A DNA stretch of 54,756 nt, filler included, from Streblomastix strix (Eukaryota): the NCBI GenBank assembly GCA_008636045.1. It is 3 parts of 3 records of this genome, joined end to end, with 100 filler letters (N's around TTAATTAATTAA, not from the genome) between each part and the next. Parts side by side here need not be neighbours in the genome. Positions count along the whole stretch, not along the records: positions 1 to 18,190 come from SNRW01000631.1; positions 18,291 to 36,474 come from SNRW01000632.1; 1 more part is not named here. One strand, 5' to 3'. Positions 15,101-27,125 of the stretch are shown here, piece by piece. Position 1 is the stretch's first letter. Each line of letters starts with the position of its first letter. The notes below the pieces were generated by a model. That model was not told the origin of the DNA. It was given only the letters and a program-made list of their open reading frames with translations, and searched no databases. A program made the translations under genes and the position numbers.

Positions 15101-17309
15101 ACTCTGATAGCACATGGACATACACCTTCTTTATTAACATCTATGCAGATGTTGGATATGAATAATATTGCAGTTGTAGCTGATCGTGAAGTTCTTATAT
15201 ACAGTCTTTTACCGAATTCGTTCCATCCACACAACTGGGGATTGTTTAGGAAACTCAAAAACACTCAGAAGGAAATCGAAGAACAGAAACGAATAGCAAA
15301 GAAAAGATTTGTAGTTACTGGAATTGGAATAGAAGAAGATGAACAATCTTTTGTTGATGAAATAAAAGCTCAATAAATGGATGAAGAATTACGTAATATT
15401 AAATTGAATCGAGCTAATGTAGAATTTAGTATTAAAGGTCATCCTGTTTTCAGTCTTGTTCTCTCAATCCGAATTCCTACTGAGAATAATGTCACATATC
15501 TGTTTCCTTCTTCCATTGGACTTCATTCTCTATTTGGTGGTATGCATGGACAGCTAATGCGACGATTGTCTAAATTGAGTTCTAAAATGCGTTAAGATTG
15601 CGATGAAATGTCTGTATATACTGCCACTACAATTGACAATGCATCTGAATCACGAGAACAGTATGGAAAATGCGAGATGACAAAAACAATCACAGCTCAA
15701 ATTTCATATGCAGCAATTCGGCGTCTTATGGAAAATTAGCGAAGATTGGAGGAATAATTGTAGTAATCAGGATCAAGTTAACAAAATCATTATTAAATGT
15801 AATAATTTGATGCAATTCGTGCAGATTACTCATTGAAGAGGCGTTCATTACTCTTAGAACGAGAAACTAATTCACTAATGATGAGTACGCATGCATTAAC
15901 TCCGATTAATGCGATGCAGATTCTTCCTGAAATTCCATCATTTGTGATGCTGTCAAAATCTGGTTGGTGCGCAAGATCGGTTCCTTTCCGTTATGAACAA
16001 TTACCTCTACGCGATTTGTCAATGATGACAGATACTTTATTATAGTTACAATAGAACTTTGGGAATATTTGGATTGATAATCAGATAAAACTAATATAAG
16101 ACTACAATTCTTTCGAAGAAAAGAATTGGCGTAAATATGTTATGAGTGAGATACGGAATGAACTGGAGGAAACAGGGACATTGATGTTAATTCCAAAACA
16201 TCCAATAATGCACTACGTCTAACCAATATTTCCAGCTAAGAATGGTCGTTTCATTGATGGAGATCTTGTATTTGGTTTATCTCCATTACCTCTGACAGCA
16301 GAGTTTTTATAAGCTCGCACGATGGATCCTTGGTAATTACGAAAGAGTATGACACTCCTTGCAGCAGAAGATGATATTCGTAGACGATGGAGATTGAGTG
16401 AAAGAGATCGAATACGAAAGATTCTGAAACTATCTCCTCCTCCTGATATTGAAGAAGCTGAACATATATTAATTGATAGGAAATAGAAGAAAGAAAGAGA
16501 AATGTTTATCAATTCAACAATTGCTACTGAATAGATGATTGTAGAAACATAACATGCATAATATCTAAGCGAACTTAGAAGTAATCAATTTGTTGAGAAA
16601 GCGAGCGATTTTATTTAGAAACAGTCAACTTCAAATGACAAAAGCATACAATGCGAATCATTCATCAATTCATTTTCTAGCATTTTCTCTAGCTTATCCA
16701 AGTTCCGATCCCATACAAAGTCCAGTCCACCATAATTTCTTGTTCATTCACGATATTAGTTGCCTCCTGATTTCATCAATCTTGAATTAGGAATGATCCT
16801 GCGCCAACCATTCATTAATTCTCTTATTAACACATTGCAGCCCGAATTCCGAAATGCAAATGCAGTATTAACATCGATAGCAGCTGGAACACTTAGATAA
16901 TAAATGTAAATAAGGTTTATTTTTATATATTTTTTTTAAATAAAATTTAAATATCTTCATTCTCATTTTAATTAGAAATTATTAACATGGTGATTACAGA
17001 GCATATGTTCCTGTATAGTTGAGAAAATTGAACGATATTCTTTGGGATGAATCTATGAATATAATTCCGCCAGATCAACAACTTCTTACTTGTACTCCTT
17101 GTTTCAATTAATTTTAAATGAATTTGAGAGATAATATCCCTCTCCCATCAAAATGGGATTTGACTATTTATTTTCCACTTTCTTAATAATTAAAACGATT
17201 TATTTAACCTGTTTAATTGTAACAAAATAGAAGTATTGAAGATATAATTGTTGAGGAACAGAATGCAATTGTGAGAGAGAAAGAAGAAGATAAGAAAGAG
17301 TCAAATTGA
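9080..17309 (+). CDS. Very large hypothetical protein (~2,720 aa, table 6), exons 9080-16914 and 16976-17309
   Basis: Track fragments at 10253, 12230, 13889, 15143, 15377 and 15833 are all in one frame and join when TAA/TAG are read as Gln. A GT...AG intron at 16915-16975 restores the frame, and TGA falls at 17307-17309. The true start may lie further upstream, and not every codon was checked. No family recognised. Confidence 0.8.
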
Positions 17310-18190
17310 AAACACAGATAAATATTTAATACGAATATATTTTTATTTTATTTATTTATTTTATCTTAATTTATAGTTTTAATAGGATCATTCATATGTT
17401 AAGTGAGTCTTAATTTCATTATTGTTATTGGAAGCATATCTTTTTTTTAAGAATTTCAAATTCATAAATAATTTATTAATTTTATTAAGTCTTAATTTGA
17501 TATGCTTACTACTAACAAATAATTATTAATCATTCATTTCAAAATAATTATTTTTTCTATATTTTTTAAATAGATCAAATAAAATTTATACTTACTAGAT
17601 ATTAATTAGTTGTTTGTTCTCAATTCATATTAATTTTTAAGTTGACAAGGATATTTATTTACCAATGAATTTTAATATAATAATAATTTGTTCTAGTAGG
17701 GCTTGCATTATAAAATCATTTTGATCACAAATTATAGAGTGTTTTAGCTAAATAAAATTGGGTATAGTTTATATTTCATTTGATAATTATAAAATTTAAC
17801 ACAAAGATTTATGAACAAATCAAAAAATTATATTTAGTATGATTTTATTTTCAATATCACCATATAATACTAAATTTAAGAATTATTTCTTATTATTTAT
17901 TTCCCTACTTATTTTGTACCATTCAATAATCCTTCCCGATTTAAATGTAATAATTTTTCCTTTATTCAACTTTTATACCATAATCATTATTATCTTTCTT
18001 CATCTTCACCACCTCAGAGCTTTTCTGCGATTGAACTGCCGATTCGGAGTTGATGAACCGATCTTTTCAAATGCAAGAATCTGGACAGTCGATTCTTTGT
18101 GGAAACGCTCCATCTATTAAAAAGAAGAGTTTATTTATAAAAATAGAATATATTTGAAATTAAATAATAGAATAAGTTTAATTATCTCTT
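9198..18190. repeat. Right arm of the giant inverted repeat
   Basis: Reverse complement of 1-8993, running exactly to the contig end. Confidence 0.97.
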
Positions 18191-18290
18191 NNNNNNNNNN
18201 NNNNNNNNNNNNNNNNNNNNNNNNNNNNNNNNNNTTAATTAATTAANNNNNNNNNNNNNNNNNNNNNNNNNNNNNNNNNNNNNNNNNNNN
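18191..18290. other. Artificial contig spacer (N-run, TTAATTAATTAA, N-run)
   Basis: 100-nt N linker containing a standard-code all-frame stop cassette. Confidence 0.99.
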
Positions 18291-18402
18291 AATTTAATTA
18301 GATCTTACCATCACATAAATCCATAACAGTTTGTACGAATGCACTAGTTTTATATCATTTCTCTCTTTATTCTTTAGTCAAAGTCTATCCATCGTGTTAC
18401 AT
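18291..18402 (-). CDS. Possible 5' end of a viral hypothetical gene running off the contig
   Basis: MQHDGQTLTKEQREK*YKTSAFVQTVMDLCDGKIQLN, with one internal TGA. Short, so weak support. Confidence 0.25.
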
Positions 18403-18624
18403 TTATTAATGAATAAATATAAATCAAACTCATTGATTATAACGATCAATTATATCGCTAATTTAAAGTAAATCATGAACGTTAGTTATGATAGTTTTCT
18501 AAAGACGTCCAATCAAGAGGAGTTATAAATCGTTGGCAGTTGCTCGGAATTCCTATCGCTAAATTCTATATTTTTATTATGCACGGGATCGTTACTCTGC
18601 AACAATGCGTTCGGCTTCGCATGC

Positions 18625-19416
18625 TCACTAACGTATCATATTCAATATATTTATAATTAATTTACAAGTATTATCATCTAAATATAATGTGTAATACTAT
18701 TGCTTTGTTCGTTGATTATCATTAATAATCTCATAAAATTTATTCAAATTTATCTCTTATATCTCTACTCGATAGATAGCTGCATCTCCACTCTTGATCT
18801 ATCGTTTCTTCATTATTTCTCCAAAACTTATGTGCTTGAATACTTCATTCATTAATTATTTCATTTACTTGTTGTGTCTTAATGCAGTTGATAGAAGAAC
18901 ATATGATCCAATTAATTGGTATATATTTTCTAGAAACAATAATCGTCCCATCCTCCCATTTCCATCTTCGTGCGGATGTATGCGTTCGTATAATAGATAA
19001 CACGCAAACAGAACCATTACCTTATTTGATTAATCATATTTATAAGCGAAGTTCACTAACTATTACAGTTCATTTGGATCGATGTTTTCATGATATATTT
19101 CAACATTTGCAGCAGAGATTATTTTTGAATTATTCTTATCACTAATATATACACTGCAATGCCTAAATGTCTCTCTTTTGAATAATGCTTCGTTTAGTCC
19201 TTAGATCTATGGCACTTCATTATTCTTAAGGTATTCAATTGCATCATTAATATTATCCTTTGGTAATATATCCTATTCAATACTGTTAGAATCTATAATA
19301 TTCTTATACATTATTCTATCTGCGTCAATCGTATCTATTACCTTATCTATTTAATCATATCCATCATCATTGAATGTTATTGTAAATTCGTTAATTTTTA
19401 TAGTTTATCGAGGCAT
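18625..19416 (-). CDS. fic: Fic/Doc-domain protein (putative AMPylase), 263 aa
   Basis: Uninterrupted table-6 ORF MPRQTIKINEF...NMIRQ*. Canonical Fic motif HPHEDGNGRMGR at 18943-18978 (context YERIH...RLLFLE) and an upstream flap-like FRHCSVYI segment. Confidence 0.9.
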
Positions 19417-19435
19417 CTTTTTAATAATAAATGAA

Positions 19436-19579
19436 ATGCTATTCGAGATAGTTATTGGGACTTCATTAGTGCTCATCGCTATTGCGAACATTGGCCTGTT
19501 TCTTATTGCTGCTTCTGCTTATAACTCCTTTACTAAAGAAGAGGAAAAGACTCCAATAAATTTATCATTTTATTCATGA
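19436..19579 (+). CDS. Small single-pass membrane protein, 47 aa
   Basis: MLFEIVIGTSLVLIAIANIGLFLIAASAYNSFTKEEEKTPINLSFYS*. Hydrophobic N-terminus; divergent from the Fic gene. Confidence 0.5.
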   Translation: MLFEIVIGTSLVLIAIANIGLFLIAASAYNSFTKEEEKTPINLSFYS

Positions 19580-19591
19580 CTATTAGACCTG

Positions 19592-19600
19592 TTATTTTTG
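19592..19600 (+). promoter_or_regulatory. TTATTTTTG upstream motif (first of ~10 copies preceding viral start codons)
   Basis: Exact copies at 19592, 20215, 23302, 25355, 27110, 28488, 31067 and 36108; one-mismatch copies at 24971 and 35596. Each ends 7-12 nt before an ATG. Confidence 0.6.
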
Positions 19601-19610
19601 GTAAGAATAA

Positions 19611-20204
19611 ATGTCATTAAAAAGATCAGTATTATCATCTGAAAAAATTAATTAAAGAGAACCAATGTCACCTCGTTAATCCGTTCCGACAATTCCAGCA
19701 ATAGTAGAAGTAGGTTCACCATTCGAAAAGGAATAAGATAAAGTGTCAGTTTAATCTGTCCGTTCAAGAAGAAGATCATCAATATTTGAAGAAATAATAA
19801 TACCTGATCCATCAATATGTCGATGGTTATTTGATATAATTAGTGAAGATGAACATATGATTAAGGAATCAGCTCATTTCATATTATCTGAACATTAATT
19901 AATAAGAGTGATTGCTTATTCATTTGATGTAGTTGAAAGCTAAGTTATCCTTAATACTGAAGATGAAAGATGTTGTGGCAAATTTATGCACGACGGTACT
20001 AGAACATTAAGAGATATCACAATAAATAATGTCAATATCCTTACTCTCGATATCGATAAAGTCAATATTCTTCGAGATTCATATAAATTATGCTTTTAAA
20101 AAGTTAGAAAAATAACTAGTATCCTTGATCTTGGAGATATATCATCTAAACTAGTGTCTGCAGCAAGTAAAGGGTTAATGGCAGTTCTATCTCAGACTCA
20201 TTGA
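19611..20204 (+). CDS. Viral hypothetical protein, 197 aa
   Basis: Open table-6 frame MSLKRSVLSSEKINQREPMSPRQ...VLSQTH*, preceded by the upstream motif. Confidence 0.75.
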
Positions 20205-20231
20205 TTGATCTGTATTATTTTTGGTAATTAA

Positions 20232-23200
20232 ATGGCTGACGCAGACTTACACTCATTAGGTGTGCTCATAAAACTCGATGAGATTCTGTTCGGAAATATT
20301 AGATTCAATTCAATTGGCTTAGTCGAATAGGTCGAAAACATTAATAATCAAATCAATATGATAAATAATGCTTCTGCTCCTGATGTATATACTAGACCTG
20401 AAGTAAATGAAATATTTGATATAAAAGCTGATAAATCGGAAACTTATACAAAAACTGAAACCGATACACTACTCGATGCTAAAGCTGATAAAACTGACTC
20501 TTATACAAAAACTGAAACCGATACTCTACTCAATGCTAAAGCTGATAGAACTGACACATATACCAAGACCGAAACCGATACTCTACTCGATGATAAAGCA
20601 GATAAAACTGAATTAATCGATTGATATGCTAAGACCGAAACTGATTCAAAGTTAGATGAGAAGGCTGATAAGACTGAACTAATCGATGGGTATTCGAAAA
20701 CTGAAACCGATACTCTACTCGATGCAAAAGCTGATAAGACTGACACTTATACGAAAACTGAAACCGATACTCTACTCGATGCAAAAGCTGATAAGACTGA
20801 CACTTATACGAAAATTGAAATTTATACTCTACTCGATGATAAAGCAGATAAAACTGATATAATTGATTCTTATACTAAGACAGAAGATGATGCTCTCTTA
20901 TTATTGAAAGCTGATAAAACTGAACTAATCGACGCATATATTAAGACAGAAACTGATTCAAAATTAGATCTTAAAGCGAATGTTGCAGATATTGTTGATA
21001 GTTATTCCAAGACAGAAACCGATACACTACTCGATGATAAAGCTAACAAAACAGATACATATACTAAAACTGAAACCGATACTCTACTCGATGCAAAAGC
21101 TGATAAAACTGATTTAACGGATTATGTTGATTTAAATTCTGCCCAAATAATAACAAGATAAAAATAATTCGGTGTAATTAGTGTTTAAAGTATATCAAAA
21201 CAAAGTAAAAATGATGCTTCTATTCTCCTCGCAGGAGGTGGCGATATGCTGGTGAGTTCATTAGTTACTTAACCATAATTATAGGAAGTTAGAGATACTG
21301 CTACTGGAAAGTCAAAAGCATATGTATTCTCAACATAAGGAGAGTTGAATGATTGGATGGCTATTCAAGACAATGTAGCAAAATTAGCAATTGGAGATAA
21401 TTTATATATTGTTAATAAGGAAGTTACTGATTATTGGTGGGATGGAACTGGCTTAAAAGTACTAGAAACTGAATTACCTGATATGAGTAATGTTGTCACA
21501 GCTCTAGGAACAGCTACTGGACTAGATAATGCAATAACTGATATAATAATTTATGAGAATATAATGACACCAGTGAAAGATAAAAATTATGTAGATACAG
21601 ATTATGATCAAAGTATTAGTGGTCAAAAGACATTCAATACAACAATACATTCAGTTGGAATCACGGTTCAATCGTATAATAATTCAAGCGTCGTTTGCGC
21701 AGGAGGAGGTGTTAGATCAATTGCAGATATTTAAAGTGTCTCATATTCCAAATCAGAGGATGATGCACTCTTATTGTTGAAAGCCGATAAATCAACAACA
21801 TTTACCAAGACTGAAGATGATGCACTTCTATTACTCAAAGCTGATAAGACACAACTGATTGATTCATACACTAAAACAGAAACAAATAATCTTTTAAATT
21901 ATAAAACCGACACTGGAGTTTCCTATACAAAAAGCGAAGATGATGCGCTCCTAGTATTGAAAGCTGATAAGACCGAATTGATTGATTCTTATACAAAAGG
22001 TGAGATAAATAATTTATTAATTAATAAAGTAAATACAGTTGTTTCCTATACAAAAGGTGAAGATGACACACTTCTATTTGCGAAAGCGGATAAATCAACA
22101 ATATACACGAAGACAGAAGATGATGCGCTCTTATTATTGAAAGCAGATAAGACATAATTGATTGATTCTTATACAAAACCTGAAACAAATAATCTGTTAA
22201 ATAATAAGACAAATTAATCAATAACATATACCAAAACTGAAACTGATCAATTGATATCTTAGATTGATACTGGTAGTGTTGATTTAAGTAGTTACTACAC
22301 GAAAACAAAAACAGATGACTTATTGGATGAGAAGGCAAATGCAACTGATCTGTCTAATTATATAACTTTAGGTACTTCATAAACAATAACTGCAAATAAA
22401 ACTTTTCAGAACAATTGTAGATTCGTAAGTTCAATTGATGGAATGTCAACAGTAACTGGGTCATCATTTGTCAAATCAGGTGCAGATGATACTGTTGTAC
22501 TACTTGGAGCAGGTGGAACAAAACCAATATCTGAATTCGCTGGTACACCAACTGATTTATCAAATTATTATACAAAAACATAAACGTATTCATAAACTGA
22601 TGCAAATAATAGATTTGTAAAATTTAAAGGTTCAATTTAATAAACAATAACAGGAAGATTAAAATATGTAAGTCCATTTGGTGAAACATATGATGAAAAA
22701 CAGGATTCAGTAGCTAATACTTACTTAACTACGTCAGAAGTTGACGCAAAGCTAACGAATGTTGTTACTACAAATACAACTTAATCAATAACTGGAGCTA
22801 AGACATTCAATTCAAACGTTACTGCTGCAGGGTTTGCTAAAACAGGCAAAGATGATACATCGGTTTTATTGGCTGGTGGTGGCGACCAACTATTATCATC
22901 ATTTGGAGGAGCATAAGTGGAAGACATAACTTGTTTAGTAGTCAATTTACATTCAAATATTACATTCAATTATTTAAAACTTACTCGAATAGGCACTTTT
23001 TATACTTTAATGATGGAAATTATACCAAAAACTTAAATCACTATATCAACGTAAACTACAATTTGCACTGTTGGAAGTATGAGTAATAACGTAACTCCTC
23101 CAACACCTCCAAGCACTATATATCCTATTTTACTAGCAACGAAGCGAAAGACATAAACATGTGTGTATTCATATAGAGATTTCAAAATATCAACCGATTC

Positions 23201-23258
23201 AACAGAAGCATGTGGTGTTAATGATGATGTTGGCTTATAATTTAGTTGGATGCTTTGA
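20232..23258 (+). CDS. Phage-tail-fibre-like repeat protein (~1,008 codons; one internal TGA at 20622)
   Basis: Many YTKTETDTLLDAKADK-type repeats, plus repeated QxIxGxKTF motifs (QSISGQKTF, QTITANKTF, QSITGAKTF), xLLAGGG motifs and GDNLYIV...YWWDG. Track fragments 20358, 20904, 21345 and 21774 share one frame. Confidence 0.8.
20697..20810 (+). repeat. Two identical tandem 57-bp coding repeats (KTETDTLLDAKADKTDTYT) within larger degenerate arrays (~20420-21120 and ~21740-22340)
   Basis: 20697-20753 is identical to 20754-20810. Confidence 0.9.
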
Positions 23259-23319
23259 TAATAAATCTGTTCATATTACCTATCAAACAAGTCAATTAGT
23301 ATTATTTTTGAACTATGAA

Positions 23320-24938
23320 ATGAGTTATGAAATAAGCAGCGTTTACCTAGATGAAGCATTATTAGAAGCAGCAGGACTATTAGAATTTCCAGAATATTAT
23401 GTGTATATTATCGAGAGAGATCAGGAGCCAGTTCCAACAGCATAACGAATACCAATCGGAGAATAAACTTTATAAAATTTGTAAAAGATAATGATGATAT
23501 TCTCTTCAGTTCAAACAAAGAGTTCGAACCACCAGTTTCAAAAGCTACTTAATAAATAGACTTAAGTTCATAGTTTGAACGATCTAGCTTCTTAACATCA
23601 AGTGGATCAGATCCATAATTAATTGTGTATGGTGATCGCGTTACATTAACTGTGTCATATGAAACTACTGGATTATTTCCCGGAGGATATTTATTCAAAA
23701 GTTATCCAAAATTTGCGAGACCAAAAGCAGGTGATAAAGTGATTGCATTAGTTGGAACAGATACTACGAATAAAAATAGTATATTTTGTTATATCGATTA
23801 GAATGGACGATTTATCATTAGTACTTCTTAGATTCCATCAAAGACTGCACTTGTCATAAACATAACTCATTATAAAAAATATGAATCATCAAAGATAATA
23901 AACTATGATGCAAATAATGATGGCATAATAAATATAATGGATACTTGGCATGTCAATGGTAAAGGAACATTCGAAACATCATCTCATGTATATGAAACTG
24001 TGAAAAAATAGACTGATTTGATCCCAACTGGATTCTTTGGTGATAATAAAATAAATTACTTGAATAGTGACATAAAATTATAAGATGATTTAGCAATCTA
24101 TAAAACGGATAGAGCAGCCTTCTTCATTAAGGAAGGTCCATTTATTACATTTAGTTTTGGTACAAAATTAGGATAAATTATATAATAATAAGCTAATTCA
24201 GAGAATCAATAAATAGTTCATAGATTATTTTCGACAATAACTTAAAAATTACTTCCTCCAAATACGAAGTACATGCCAGTCCGTACTGAATAATAAGAGT
24301 ATATTGCAATGTGTTTGTTCAAAGAAATCTATGATAAATCATTAGCGATAGAAGTAGCTATTAGTGGAGTATTGAATATGTATGATTGTGAATTTCAAGG
24401 AACATATATACTCGATAACTATAAGAATCCAACATCAAATGAAGAACCAAACGCATCTCCATTAGATCGAAAAGAACCTGATTCACACATTGATGAAGTA
24501 ATAATAAAAAATGATCGAAAATTAGCATCATCACCTGTACCAATATATACAATAACTAATGTATTCAATTAAATTCAACTAATTGCAACATTTGATCAAG
24601 GTAGGCATGCTTATAATACATTCAATATTGTTTATGATGGGACTTGCAAAGTATATGTATTTAATCTATATTATGAAGCAAATGGACAAGCAACAAGTGT
24701 ATAAGAGATCGGTAGGCTTCCAGATTCTGTATTACCATCTGATGGTAAAAGTATGGGATTTCTTGCATCTGTCTATAGAAATGCTGGTGGATATATTAAT
24801 TAATTGGGTACGTGCTATTTCGGATTCAATTAATAATATAAAACGTTATATTGCTTTTTGCAAGATGTTCAAGAAGTTATACCTGAATCATTAACTGATA
24901 TATAAAAATATTGTTCAAGTGGAATGTACTATCTATGA
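23320..24938 (+). pseudogene. Second putative fibre/receptor-binding protein (~540 aa), frameshift near 23460
   Basis: Starts MSYEISSVYLDEALLEAAG, then continues in a different frame from ~23463 to TGA at 24936. Beta-rich modules with SYPKFARP and IGRLPDSVLP, and an EF-hand/dockerin-like loop DANNDGIINIMD. Confidence 0.6.
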
Positions 24939-24991
24939 GACATTGATTCGATAAACTGATGCAAATACGTTCATTTTTGCGTATTAAAATC

Positions 24992-25321
24992 ATGGCCGCA
25001 GGAATATTCAACAAGCTAAAAAAACTAATCTCTGTAGTAGATAAAGGAGTCAGTTGGATGAATGATAAAGTAGTCAAACCAATAATGCCCATAACTAACG
25101 CACTTCTCTAATCATTGGGACCAGCAGGAAGTATGGTTGCGAAAGGCATTAGTGTAGGATCATCAGCCGTACATGTTTTATTTGGACCGAATAAATAATA
25201 AGGAAAATAATAATTCAGATAAGATTTCAAGACATTCAGATAGGATGATTACTTAAGGAAAAAGGTTCCGATTGATATAATTAGTAAACGGATACAGCTA
25301 CTTGGAGATGAGTTTCAGTGA
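24992..25321 (+). CDS. Small basic amphipathic-helix protein, 109 aa (candidate membrane-penetration/core protein)
   Basis: MAAGIFNKLKKLISVVDKGVSWMNDKVVKPIMP...LGPAGSMVAKGISVG. Intact ORF directly upstream of the capsid gene. Confidence 0.7.
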
Positions 25322-25374
25322 ATCATTATTCGAGTTAACTAACATATAATCAGATTATTTTTGCGCAATTAAAC

Positions 25375-27096
25375 ATGAATCGCTAGTTTATGAAGACGCA
25401 TGTCCAAAAATCACAGGAGAACTTGTAGACTATCGAGAACTTGTTAAAGACCTTCGCAATTCAACCGTTTTAGAACGATGGAGAGCACCATTTCTCAATC
25501 AAAGAGATCAAACCAGAATCATAAATGCCTTCACTATTTGACAATGAAGTTATCATCAGTTTATTCGATTCTGATCATGATGTAACATAAATGTAAAATT
25601 CATTCCTTACACTTGAGTTTAAAATGAATCTATTATTCGATAATTAATTTGATAAATTTGATGATGCCAATAAAGAAGGTACTTTCATATTTTTTGGATT
25701 GAAGAATTCAGCTGAATTGATTAGAGAGTATGTCTTGTATCATCGCGGAAGGACAATTGATGGATCCCTCTAGAACGATGCAACAACCGAATCATTTATT
25801 TATAATACTATCAAACCAAAATGTGAGAAAAATAATAACAGATTTGTCCATTCATTCTACGAGAATGTGCGTTAATATGACATATCTTGCTGCGGTAGAT
25901 ATCTCAGCATTAAAGAAATATCAGAAGTACTTGCTCCATAATCTGCAGTACCATATTCCATGCCAGTTGGCTTCACAGTATCAATCCCTCTGGATGATTT
26001 ACTCATTTTCTCTGCATTCTCTGAATATCTTAATTCTCTATTTGGTGATCTCAAAATTAAATTCAAGATTAATCCAAGCGCATTCGTATTCTGCTAAGTA
26101 GATCCAATCCAATCTATGGCTAAATATTATACAATTAATAAAGATAAATTATTGAGTTCAGGTTAAGATAAGCTTAAGGATATTGATCTATTCTTCCGCA
26201 ACTGGAGTCTCACATTCTAATACACTAACATGTACACACAAATTGGATGCACTGCTGATTTGATTACTGGAATACGAGCAGAAGAGTTAACTCCTTCAGG
26301 ATTAAAGAATCTCGTATGTGATATTAAGCAAGTTACAGTATCCATAAGAAACTATATTATTGAGGCTGTGACAGCAAATATGTGTGGATATAAAGCATCA
26401 GAATCTTGCATCAATCGTGTACGTTAATTCTATTCAAATCGTCCATTTGTTGTTCCTGCATAACGTATTGAATCATGGGTATTTCCAACTGCAGCATCAT
26501 CTGCTGTAATAAAAACTATTTAAAACATACCTCTTTCTCATGTAACTGATATGTGCTTATTATTCCCTAAGGATGCAAGACATGTTACTTGCTATGAAAA
26601 TCCATGCTATTTTGATATTTAAATTAACATAATGAATAGAAATTTACCAGATTTCTCAATGAATATTCTTAACGAATAATTCTTCACAATGCAATTATAA
26701 GCTAATAATCTCGATCATATATTCGAAGCCTGTGATGAATATAATGATTCACTCGCTACTCCAAGGGCTAGTAAGACACGAAGATACAATCCAGTTAGTG
26801 ATTATACATCATTCTTCATTACAATATAATATGAACGTAATAGCAAAGGTGCATTAACATTTGATGGATTAGATACTCAAAATCAAAATACTTCAATTGA
26901 ACTAAAAGGATATCCAATATTTGCAGGAGAAGCAGATACTTATTATAATGTGGATACTAATAGAAAACATCCAACTCCTCCGATTCTGTACACAGTTCAC
27001 GATACCTTCTGGCTCTTTAGCCCTGCAAGTGGAGGATCCTGCATATACGATACAACTCATTCATTTGATTAGGTTATTAACTAGGTTACAGCTTGA
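25375..27096 (+). CDS. Probable major capsid protein (double jelly-roll type), 573 aa
   Basis: Fully open table-6 frame, read codon by codon. Beta-strand-rich (FIFFGLKNSAELIREY, VSIPLDDLLIFSAF, LFGDLKIKFKINP, FVVPAQRIE). Size and position in the structural block fit an MCP. Fold is inferred, not computed. Confidence 0.75.
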
Positions 27097-27125
27097 TATC
27101 AATAGAATATTATTTTTGTAATAAA

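Noticed and set aside
1..18190. Giant inverted repeat as the TIRs of a transposon or virus
   Set aside because: The arms contain an intron-bearing host-type gene and enclose only 204 bp, with no mobility genes.
18191..18290. TTAATTAATTAA palindrome between N-runs (also 36475-36574) as a biological site, and linkage between the three segments
   Set aside because: It is an identical artificial linker and the contig lengths descend (18190, 18184, 18182), so adjacency carries no biological meaning. In particular, the DIRS recombinase cannot be assigned to the virus.
20420..22340. Periodic repeats as a CRISPR array
   Set aside because: The units are in-frame coding repeats with synonymous variation and no unique spacers; no cas genes are present.
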